Origin: Chiloscyllium plagiosum
Lineage: Eukaryota
Direction of reading: 5' to 3'
Assembly: GCF_004010195.1 (NCBI RefSeq)
Contig: NC_057751.1
Coordinates: 3,594,014 to 3,658,013, forward strand
DNA length: 64,000 bases
Shown here: one piece after another, positions 39,489-50,657 of the stretch
Layout: each line of letters starts with the position of its first letter
Numbering within the stretch: position 1 is the stretch's first letter
Notes under the pieces: model-generated
The model's input: the letters and a program-made list of their open reading frames with translations, nothing else
Told to the model about the DNA's origin: nothing
Databases searched by the model: none
Made by a program: the position numbers and the translations under genes

Positions 39489-40454
39489 CTTGAAATGTAA
39501 GAGTTCTGTGAACTGAGCCATGTTGATGAGGCAAGTCAGAAGAGCAATATGAATACAATTATCCAGGAATGCATTCTTAATATGTTCATCTCAATCATTT
39601 CACCACCTCTCTCTGTATAAATCCCAGTTCTTAGCTGATATTGTATAATGCGAGTAATGGAAGGAAAGGGGATGGTTTACAGCAGAAAATGCTGCCGTGT
39701 ACTCAATTAATTTTAAATCAAATCTAGCAGTGTTCAAAATTATAATTCATGACCAAAAAGTTGTGGGAAAACAATCTTATTTCCCAGATGCTGTTCAGAG
39801 TTTCCACAAGTTACAATGATGAATGTAACAGAGGATCTTTTCTTGCTAAATTCCTATCCCATCCCATTCCACACAGCCACCCCCCAGTAAGAAAACAAAA
39901 TCCATGCAGAAGCCCTCGATCAATAAAGACAATGTTGGTGTTGCTATTATTGGCACCATTTCAGCTGGGCACTGGGTACCATGAAAACCTTTTTCCAGCA
40001 GATGTTTCTGTAAAATAAAACACATTGATGTGAGGTAACAAACCAGATAACAGTTGGTTTATTCCCATGTGCTTTGACCCACAAGGATGTCGCATGTGGC
40101 TATTTACCACTGTTGTTGGCATGGTTACAATCATTCTTTGTCCATAAGTAATGTGGATCAAATTACACAAAATGTCAGCAACTGTGTTTCTTGGCTTGTA
40201 TGAACAGATGTACCAATTTGTGCACAGATCACCTTCAATTCAAATTCACACAGTTTGCATCTGTCATGATTTGTCAACAAAATGACCTTGGTTGAACTGT
40301 TACAGGGATTGGACTGTTCATCCTGGCAAACTAAAATAATGAGTTATAATTTGAATATATACCAAGAGAATCAAAACACCAACAGGTAAACAAAGCAAAT
40401 TGATGGAATTGACAGCACAGAATGATGACATTGAGTCCATTGCTCATTCCAAAT

Positions 40455-40720
40455 AAAGGTAAAGTCGCCACAGTCTTAATGTACCCGAGGGCTGCTCTCC
40501 CATTAGAGGGTCACAACACCTCAGGTGAGGGGAAAGGTTGGGAAGGAGAGCTAATCAAGACAAGTTCAGCCTGTACAGAAATTGTACAGGCTGAACTCTC
40601 CTCACCCTCTCAACCCTCTCCTCATCTGAAGTTTGGTGGCTCTCAGTTTGAACCAACACCAGTCATCTCAATTGAGAGAGCAGCTTCTGGTCTGGGAGGA
40701 CAACAGCAACTTCATCTGTT
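40455..40720. repeat. Fold-back inverted repeat
   Basis: Perfect 15-bp arms 40563-40577/40583-40597 with a 5-nt loop; diverged outer arms. Confidence 0.75.
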
Positions 40721-40871
40721 CAAATAAACTTTGTGTCAACCTACCAAACCCTCTTAATGCCCATTTGCAGATGTCTGGAAAAATTCCCCTCATAACTGTG
40801 TATGAAAAGAGAAAAGCCCAGTGCTGAATCTCCGCTTGCCTGGTGGACACAGAAAACAAGGCATTTTGGGC

Positions 40872-40979
40872 GGTAAATGTAGGGCAATGGGTCTGGATGG
40901 GTTGCTCTTTAGAGGGTCGGTGTGGACTTGTTGGGCCGAAAGGTCTGTTTCCACACTGTAAGTAATCTAAGTAATCTAA
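40872..40979 (+). mobile_element. HE1 SINE 3' fragment
   Basis: TTGGGCCGAAAGGTCTGTTTCCACACTGTAAG followed by a TAATCTAA repeat tail. Confidence 0.7.
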
Positions 40980-41169
40980 GAAAGCCTTGCTCTGATGATA
41001 CTATAGGTGCCCAAGTCCTTCCAATAAAAGCAAACAACACGGAAGCAGAAAGCCAAATCAAATCAGGTTCCCTCTCCCTTATAGTAAAATTAAAATATTC
41101 AAAGATCCCCAAAATTGACCCCATTGCCACCATAATTCTTGGCATATATGTGGCAGAGATTGTCACCTA

Positions 41170-41592
41170 GAGCCTAAACAGCAGCTCCACAGCTCAGAAA
41201 GCCCAGCAGTGTCTCTACTTTCTGCACAGGCTGAGAAAAGCCCACCTCCCATCCCCCATCCTCACCCCATTCTACAGAGGGTTCACTGAGAGTACCCTGA
41301 GCTGCTGCATCACTGCTTGGTTTGGTAATTGCACCATCTTGGATCGTAAGATCCTACAACAGATAGTGAGGACAGCTGAGAAGATCATCGGAGTCTCTCT
41401 TTCCTCCATTACTGACACTTACAGCACAAGCTGCATTCCAAAGGCTAACAGCATTGTGGAAGACCCCACAAACCCCGCACTCAAACTCTTCTCCTTCTTG
41501 TCACCTGGCAGAAGATCCCGGTGCATTCAGTCTCATATGGCCAGAGTGTGCAGCAGTTTCTTCCCCCAAGCCATCAGGCTCCTTAACACAGC
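41170..41592 (+). mobile_element. Rex/Babar-type LINE 3' fragment
   Basis: KAQQCLYFLHRLRK...FYRGFTESTLSCCITAWFGN...RKILQQIVRTAEKIIG...SFFPQAIRLLN. Confidence 0.75.
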
Positions 41593-41609
41593 ATTAGCCT
41601 CATCCATTG

Positions 41610-43620
41610 CCTGTGTCACCTTGTCCAAGAACTCAATTGACTTTGTCAGATGTGACCTGCCCTTCTCAAAGCCATGTTGACTATCTCATTTGACTATTTT
41701 TCTTTAAGTGTAGATTTACCTCATCCAATACTAAGGCCTCCAGCAATTTTCTCACTCTTGATGTCAAGCTGACGGGTCTTTAGTTTTCTGGGTTATCCTT
41801 TGTCCTTTTCTTTAGCAATGTTGTCACATTTGCAATCCTCCACTCCCCTGGGACTAATCCTGTGTTCAGTAAGGCCTGGAAAATTTCTGTGAAAAGCTCT
41901 GCAATTTGTTCTCTGACCTTTCTTGGTAATCTAGGATTCATCCCACACCCAGGCCTGACTACTTCTCTACCAGAATACTGTCACCTTTTTTGGTACCTCT
42001 TCTTTATCTATCACTATACTGTTCACTTGCTCAACACCCATGTTTTCAACGAGGCCTTTGTCACCATCTTCTAATTTGATAAAGACTGAAATATAATATT
42101 CATTTCGTACCTCAGCCACATCCTTTGCTTCAGAAAGCAGCTTACCCTATTTGTTTCTTATGGGCTCCAAACTATCCTTCACTAAGCTTTTACGATTAAT
42201 AGGTTTGAAGAACATCTTACTGTGTTTCGTGCAGACTGCCATCCTTTCCTCATGCTTCCTCTCAGCTTTCCTTATTCCACTGCAGTTTTTCTCCTGCATT
42301 TGAGATACTCTTATTGATTTCTATTGCTATTATTATTCTGGTATGCATTATGTGGCTCTTTTTTTTCCTTTGTTCTCATCAATATCCTCAATCATCCAGG
42401 ATGCTTTAGCTTTGCATGCCCTTTATTTATTTCTCATGGGTATATACTAGGCTTGCATCCCATTTATCTCCAGTTTGAAATTCTCTCATTTTTCATCACT
42501 GATTTATCCACCAAAATGTATTTCCAATCAACTACACTCTGTATATTTCCATACATACAATTTGACACTGCCCTTATCTCTTTCTTGCCCAACGTAAGGT
42601 GATCATTTCTTTATTCATTGTCAACATTGAATGTTTCTCACACTTCCTTTTCCCCATTGACCACATCCTCTCTCTTGCCCTCTCTGGTACTTCCAAAACA
42701 TGGCCCATTTGTTAGCCTCCTCCCCTCCCAACCTGCCTAACAAGTTTGCATCAACTGCAACTACAATATTTACCCTCTGAGCGAAGACATTACTTCCTTT
42801 TCTGCTCAGGTGAAGGCCATCTCTTCTGAACAGCTTTCACCTTTCCCAAAAATGATCCTAATATCCCAAAAATGTTAGTTCCTCACTTCTACAACACCCC
42901 ACAAACCACACATTTTCTTCCTTGATCTGCCTTTGGCCTAAATGGTGAAGCTCGTGAAATAGGTCATATTTCTGATGTTACTGCCCTGGAGGTCCTGCTT
43001 TGTAAATCTACTTCTAACTTCTGAAACTGAATCTGCAAGACCCCCAAGTTGTCCCTCCCAATGGAGTTGGTTCCCACATGAACCATTGCCACTGGTGGCT
43101 CATTCTCCATTTCCAGAAGTTTGTCCAGTAGTTCCATTATGTCCTGAACCCTTGCACCCAGAAAGCAACAGATCATATGGGACTCTCAAACTCGGCTACA
43201 AACTAGACTATCTATCCCTTGAGCTGAAAATGTGTTGTTGGAAAAGTGCAGCAGGTCAGGCAGCATCCAGGGAACAGGAGAATCGACGTTTCGGGCATAA
43301 GCCCTTCTATCCCTTGAACCAGGCAGTCACCCACTACTACAACCTTATAATCTGCCTACCATCCTCTCACTCTTGTCTCAGAATAGGTTCAGGCACCATA
43401 GTGTTGTGGTTTTCTCTCAATCCACTGATCGGGTTGCTCACAAAATCGACATCAAAAATTTTATTCCTATTTGACAGCTTCTCAGAGGGCTGGGTTTCCT
43501 GGACCTGCCATGTCCTTTACTTTTCACGAATAGTCACCCACTTACCTGCCATCTCTACATTCCTCCTTGCCTGCCTATCATGATGTGGAGTGCTCACACT
43601 TTCATACGACTGATTCAGAA
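41610..43620 (-). mobile_element. Old CR1 with ORF2 fragments and ORF1 SGNH-esterase remnant
   Basis: ORF 42964-43176: CCFLGARVQDI...VAMVHVGTNSIG; reverse QHGFEKGRSHLT at ~41650. Confidence 0.75.
43223..43305 (-). mobile_element. 83-bp Penelope-like end insertion with 12-bp TSD
   Basis: TCTATCCCTTGA at 43211-43222 and 43306-43317; truncated within the hammerhead core. Confidence 0.8.
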
Positions 43621-43729
43621 AACTCACTCCTTGTTCAATGAGTACAGTCACTGCTCCATGTTGGACAGCTACATGTTGTTCGAGGACTGCTAGTTCTATA
43701 ATTTTAGGGCCTGAGCATTTTATCCCATG

Positions 43730-44810
43730 TCATAGGGTCATCGAGTCATACAGCACAGAAACACACCCTCTGGTCCAACCAGTCCATGAAGACCATAATC
43801 CCAAACTAAACTAATCACATCTGCCTGCGTTTGGCCCATATCCCTTCAAACATTTCCTATTCATGTACTTATCCAAACGTCTTTTAAATGTTTTAACTAT
43901 ACCCACATCCACCACTTCCTCTGGAAGTTCATCCCACACATGAACCACTCACTGTGAAAAGTAAATTGTCCCTCATGTCTTTTTAAAATCTTTTACTTCT
44001 CACCTTAAAAATATGTTTCCTCGTCTTGAAATCCCCCATCCTAGGGAAAAGACACCTTCCATTCACCTTATCAACACCCCCCATTATTTAAAAAAAACAC
44101 AATAAGGTCACCTCTCAACCTTTTACGCTCCACTGACAAAATGCCAGCCTATCCAGCTTCTCCTTACAGCTCAAGCCCTCTACTCCCAGCAACCTCCCGG
44201 TAAATCTCTTCTCAACCCTCTCCAGCTTTATAATAGCCTTCTTAAAAATGTGTTTTATGCAGAATTTATGCAGCAGTTATACAAAACCCTGGTTCGACTC
44301 CACTTGGAGTACTGTGAGCAGATTTGGACACGACATGTTTAAACATATGTATTAGCCTTGGGGGAGTACAATGTAGGTTTGCAAGAATGATACCTGGACT
44401 TCAGGGGATGTTATAGGGCAAGATTATTCAAATTAGGCCCAATTTTCCAGAACGTAGGAGGCTAAGGGGTGAAATAATTGAATCTTTAAAGTATAAACAG
44501 GAAAAGACGAGGTAGATAAATTACTTCCACTTGTTGGGATTTAACAATTTAGGGGCACTGTCTGAGAATTAGGGATGGACTGTACAGGAAAATGTTAGGA
44601 AGCACTTCTGCACACAAAGGGTGATGGATGTTTGAAACTCTCTTCCATAAACAGCAGTGGATGCAGGATCAGATGTTAATTTTAAATCTGAGATAGATGA
44701 CCTTTTTAAAAGCAAAGGAATTAAGACACAAATGTTCATGCTCACTTTAACCGTGGAACAGGCTCTTGGGGCTGAACAGGCCTACACGCATTCCTATTTT
44801 CCTATGTTTA
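43730..44810. mobile_element. Two CR1 3' fragments (- 43730-44245, + 44250-44810)
   Basis: ATGACTC-type tail on minus; LYKTLVRLHLEYC and TTCCTATG tail on plus. Confidence 0.8.
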
Positions 44811-44938
44811 TCCATCCTGACAGTCTAGGCCCTGTCATGACATGGGTTGCTTTCAGTACAGCAAATGCATTTTCACCTACTTTTGAATTCATTGATCAGC
44901 TTTTATGTTTCCCTGACTTTGCATTTTTAATTAATTTG

Positions 44939-44988
44939 GTAAAAACAATGACTGCAGAGCTGTGCTCTTCCAGCACCACTGATCCAGA
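44939..44988. mobile_element. 50-bp internally inverted Penelope-like insertion with 16-bp TSD, inside an older Penelope-like remnant
   Basis: ATTTTTAATTAATTTG at 44923-44938 and 44989-45004. Confidence 0.8.
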
Positions 44989-47051
44989 ATTTTTAATTAA
45001 TTTGTCTGCCTCACTGTCTTGCTCTCTCTCTGGGCTCTATGTCCACCTATTGTTTATTCTTTTACCCTACCAATCCACCTGTCTTCAGCATATACACACA
45101 TTTTTCTTGCTACCATCTACTTCTGATGAAGTGTTAACTGTTTTCTCTCTAGAGATGCTGCCAGACCTGTTCAGCTTTTCCAGCAACTGCTGTTTTTGGT
45201 TCAGATTTCCAGCACCTGCAGTTCTTTGTTTCAGTTTATGAAACTACATGGGATGGTTTCCCAATCCTTTCAAATCTTCAACGATGCTTCAACGTTATCC
45301 ACAGTGATTATCAATCTGTAGTACATTGGTTGATTGGTTGGATCCGAGGATTTTCCTGTTGTCTTTGGATTTCAAAATTGTTTATTCCTTTCAGCATATC
45401 CAAATGTAGTTTTTCTGCTGCTTTGGAGAAAATCAGAGACAGCAACTTGACAGAAAAAGGATGAGAAAGATGGATGCATTTAACTTGTGGAGGTCTCCTT
45501 ACTTCTCTCTATTTCACTCCCTCACCACACCTGTGTTAAACTCAGCTCATCGAATCAGAGGTTTGTTGCAATGCTGAGCTCTTCTGAACCCATAACATAT
45601 GAAGCAAGGACACCTGGCCTCAATGTCCCGAAGATAAAATAGTCTTCTAAGTATCAGTTGGTTTCATTTGTACACCCAATCTGTTATCATTCTTACTAAT
45701 TGTTGAAAAAACACCGCAGATCTGATAGCATTTGTGAAGAGAAAGAAGAGTTAAGATTTCAGGCCCAGCGACCCTTCTTCAGATTTGTCCAGTTCAGATG
45801 CTTCCAGACCTGCTGACTTTTTCTAGCAGTTTCTGATTTTATTCTTGATGTTCAATAGCCACAATTCTTCTGCTTTTGGTTCCTCCTCTTTTAAACTCTA
45901 TTCCTCACATTTTCAGTTCATAGTCCAAAATTTTTTAAAAATGTGGTCTCTTACACTGCAACATTATGACTCAGAAACCCTGTCTTGCTGCCAATGTCAA
46001 CAGGTACGAACATCAGCTTTGGTTACTGCTCCGTGGTAAGAAGTAAATGATGAAACAAAAGTTCATTTCAAATACTTAAGTTCTGAAGCAAGTCCCAATC
46101 TAAATGTTAGACTGTTCTCTTTACAACTCTAACTGTGTAACTATGTATTTATGGGTTTTTGTTTCTCCAACAATTCTCAGACACGATTTTATACTCCTCT
46201 GCTTTCCATCTGCCAAAACTCAGAGCACTATGTAAAAGTGACCAACAAAATAACATGCATTCTAGCTTCAGTTATTGAATTTTAAAAGTCTTCAGCACTT
46301 GAGAAATTTACAAAACAATCATGTTTGAAAGTATAACATAATGATTCCCTATTATCCAATAAAAATGTTGTGAAAAATTACTCTGTCACCATGCAGTAAT
46401 GTTACGAGCCAAAGGTTTTGAGTGGGAGTATCAAAGGTAATCCTATTTGATTTCAGGGTAAAGTTGATGACCAACTTGCTGGAATTCAGAAAGGTATTGA
46501 AATAATTGCAAAGGATCCAAGCAGACAATTATTGTATATATTAACACTTTAAATAAAGTGTGAACACTTTGACATTAAATGCCTCTTTTTAAATGACTGA
46601 GGAAGGAATTACTCACAAACAAATTCAATGTTTGCATTTGAGTGAAGATTGCAAAATTGCAAATCTGATGAGTAAGTACTGTTAAGCTCCAGTGTTGAAA
46701 TGGTGAAAAAAAACACAATTCAAGAACATGGAATCATTTTAGTTATGAAATATCATTATTCTTAGCACAGTACTCAAGCATATTTTACAACAGGCTACAA
46801 CATAACAGCATACCATATCTGTTCGTCATTTGCCCACCAAAATCTCCCATATTTAACAATGTAGCACCCTGACCTCAGCAGGGTGCAGGCAAAGGAAAGT
46901 ATATCCTTGCCAGTCCTGAGCCCAGATAAATGGAGCGATCTTATTGACAAGAAGTTGTAAAACCTTAAAACCAAAGTCGCAAAATGATAGTGGCATGAAA
47001 TTTGATGATCGACATTAAATGGAGAATGCCCAAAGAGGATGAGAGAAACAG

Positions 47052-47086
<35 letters not shown>
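47052..47086. repeat. Compound (AT)n(AG)n microsatellite
   Basis: Direct reading. Confidence 0.95.
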
Positions 47087-47088
<2 letters not shown>

Positions 47089-47170
47089 CGGGTATGATGA
47101 AGGCAGAATGCATTGGTCAGATGCTACCCCACAGGAAGTCAAAAACACAAGAGTTCAAACTGTTGCTCAG

Positions 47171-47648
47171 TCATAGAGTTATAGAGATGTACAGCATGGA
47201 AACAGATCCTTCGGTCCAACCTGTCCACACTGACCAGATATCCCAACCCGATCTTGTCCCACTTGCCAGCGCCCGGCCCATATCCCTCCAAACCCGTCCT
47301 ATTCATATACCCATCCAAATGCCTCTTAAATGTTGCAATTGTACCAGCATCCACCACATCCTCTGGCAGCTCATTCCATACATGTACCACCCTCTGCGTG
47401 AAAACATTGCCTCTTAGGTCTCTTTTATATCATTCCCCTCTCAGCCTAAACCTATGCCCTCTAGTTCTGGCCTCCCCGACCCCAGGGAAAAGACTTTGCC
47501 TATTTATCCTATCCATGTCCCTCATAATTTTGTAAACCTCAATAAGGTCACCCCTCAGCCTCTGACGCTCCAGGGAAAACAGCCCCAGCCTGTTCAGCCT
47601 CTCTCTATAGCTCAAATCCTCCAACCCTGGCAACATCCTTGTAAATCT
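47171..47648 (-). mobile_element. HER1/CR1 3' end, young
   Basis: MLPGLEDLSYRERLNRLGLFSLE...; highly similar to 51027-51485 and 61275-61713. Confidence 0.9.
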
Positions 47649-48098
47649 TTCAACTGCTCAGATTCTCACGGTCTCCCAAACATAGCTTTGGCAGAGGTGT
47701 AGAAGCATATTGTACAAATGTTCACCTCTCACATCTGGTTGACTCAATGGTGAATGGCTCAGTGAAATGGAAGAAAGGAAGTTTGCTTTAACAGACTAAA
47801 CAGTCAATTTAGGTTGAATAAATATGAAAGGGCAGGATTGTAAGCCTGCTCATTCATTGACCTTGATTTACAGTGTTGTTTGCACTGGTTGTGGCTGGAC
47901 ATCTTCAACAGTAAGAACACCCGCTACATCAAGCACCAATCAGACACTAAAGATCTGACCAGAAGCTTTGTCAACTTATCAAGTGCCTTGTCAGTGAAGT
48001 CCCTCCTCACGTGAAGCTGCAAGTCAATAAAAAAAGGCAGCCACTGGGAGTTGGACTGAATTGAAAGAAGCCCAGGCTGCGCAGCTGTTCGCACTTAC

Positions 48099-48256
48099 AC
48101 CAGTGAGTAAAATCTGCGAGTGTTTGGAGGAATCATGGGGTGGCGGTTGTGAGGAGAGAGGTGTCGGTGGGTTGGAAGCTGAGCTCCTTGGTCCCTTATC
48201 TGTGACCTATAATTGCCCCCACTGTTTGCTGTTAGCACAGAATCCACTTTTTTCAC
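48099..48256 (-). CDS. Candidate exon, unassigned (158 nt, or 108 nt from an acceptor at 48206)
   Basis: CCTTCCTTCCCCTGTAG| and GGT|GTAAGT; each version has an open frame. Confidence 0.3.
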
Positions 48257-50313
48257 CTACAGGGGAAGGAAGGTAATTGGAGCAGTTGTGGGTTGAGGCT
48301 CTTAAGTTGTCATGAATTGACTACATAACAGATTCAAAAACTGCTGAAACAAGATATATTTATCAAAGCTTAATTTCAGAAAAACCTGCAGTTAACTGTC
48401 AGTCATTATTAACTTGTACTTTGCTGAATGTTTTGACATGAACAATCAGAATCCACTTAACGACCAATCAGCCCTTTCCTCTTGACTGGTACAAATGTTT
48501 TTTTACTCTTCAATTGATAAAATGTTCATTCTGGATCGCTATAAAAGGCAATTAATTAATGCTACTCCCCTGCAATTTTCTCATTGATCTGCAATCTTTT
48601 CTCTTTTCAAGTACTTATCCAATTCTCTTTTGAAAGCTTTGATTTAAACTGCTTTCATCACACTTTCAGGCAGCGCATTCCAATCTGAAAAACTCACAGC
48701 ATAAAAATCCAATTCTTCATATTGCCATTGGTTGTTACAGTTCATTTCAAATTGGTGTTCTCTGGTTTTCATACTGACTGCCAATGAGAAAAGCACTAGA
48801 AGTGTCGAAACAGGAATATGCTAGATGCGAGGTAAACCTCTGGGATATAACATCAGCTGGGGCAGTCAGTGTTGACATCTCTGCCTCTAGGGGATGCTAA
48901 ACAAGTTCTTGATGGATGCAGCAATTCTGCCAGACAGAAAGTGAGTGGATTGCAAGTAATCAACAAATTGTTCAATTGGAGTGTTGATTAGATTTTGATC
49001 AGTTGGAAAATAATTTTCCAGTATTTCCCATTCCAACCCTTTAGGTTTACTCCCCATGCCAAATGTTTGGCCTTTTTTTGCCTCTCCTGAGTGTTTAGAT
49101 TACTTGTATAGTTGGAGGCTATTCATTTGCACACATGAATATAGGGTCAGTTTGATAGTTCAGTGGTTTCTTCTGGTTTATCAATTTTCCATACTTGCAT
49201 ATTTTCACAGAGACATCAGTTACCTACCGATTTCCAAACTGGATTTGACCTACGCTCCTTTTGATTACTGATTGCCAGCCACAGCTTTATCGTAATCTCT
49301 GCTTGAACTCTGTGCTGTGTAACTCATTCCTCTGCTGGATTAATATTTCTTAAACAAAAATCAGCTTATAATTTCAGTGGAAGCAGTTCAAATAAGTTAG
49401 CAAATTTGAAAATTAGTACTGGTTCCAACCTCAATTTTGATGGAGCAATAAGTGACTTCAATATGGTTGACAAATGGAACCAGGCCCCATTGCACACTTG
49501 TATAACAAAGAAATATATGAAGCACTTATCAGGGGACTCTGCTGGCATGTGCTTTGCTGTGTTGCTAATTGTTTCAGGCGACTTCCATTTTATGCTTTGA
49601 TGCAATGTGGGTTTTTTTAAAGAGCTCATTTCCAATCATGTAACCAAGAAAATGCCAATTATTTCTGCAACAAAATATCATTGATATGCAAATCCAATAT
49701 GGGTAAATCCAAAGGGAATTCAGAGTGCCAATTTTCTCTCTGATAAATGAACACAATGCCACCGTTGACTTCTGCTTTATATACTATGAATATGATTATA
49801 AACAGCCTTGGCATCCCCACATGTGTATCCGACATGAGGTTCAGCTCTCGTAGAATATTAGAAGACAAAATTATTCTGTTGAAAAAGTCTATTGTGAACA
49901 CATTACCAGCTGTAAAGAGTTAAAACGGTTGAAGTACCAACATCACACAGATAAATGGTAATGATAAGCCTGTGTCTAGGCATGGTGGTAATCATTAATG
50001 ATCTCTATGAGTCACACACAAATATCTTCAAAAGTACTGCTGAGGGAGGGGGTGGTGGTGGGAAAGAGGAATATTATAGAACTCTTATCCATTAATCATA
50101 TGAATGCTTTTTATATCACCATACAGGGATTTTACCAAAACCACACAATGCTCAGGAAAGAAAATGACCTTTTCTGAGAATTTTATTTTCATTATTAGAA
50201 GCCTCAGTTGGTATTCAAAGAACTTGTTTATAATGGGATTGACAGTGTGGGATGGGGGTGGGGTGTGGAAATATCAAGTGTGACTCTCTTTGCCATTTTA
50301 TTTATCTATCTCT

Positions 50314-50627
50314 AGGGTGGCACGGTGGCTCAGTGGTTAGCACTGCTACCAGCACCAGGGTCCCACGTTCAATTTCAGCCTCGGGCAACTGTCTGTGTGG
50401 AGTTTGCACATTCTTTCTGTGTCTGTGTGATTTTCCTCTGGATGCCCCGATTTCCTCCCACAGTCCAAAGATGTGCAGGTCAGGTGAATTGGTCATGCTA
50501 AGTTGCCCATAGTGTTAGGTGCATCATTCAGAGGGAAATGGTGACTGGGTGAGCTACTCTGTGGAGGGTCGGTGTACACTTGTTGGGCCGAAGGGCCTGT
50601 TTCCACACGACAGGGAATCGAATCTAA
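50314..50627 (+). mobile_element. HE1-type SINE
   Basis: GGGTGGCACGGTGGCTCAGTGGTTAGCAC...AATCGAATCTAA. Confidence 0.9.
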
Positions 50628-50657
50628 TATCTCATTTTCTCACTTTTTGCCCTCGTA

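Noticed and set aside
39881..40232. Two more phase-compatible minus-strand exons upstream of the TM cluster
   Set aside because: They need a very weak donor (GG|GTGGCT) and a poor acceptor.
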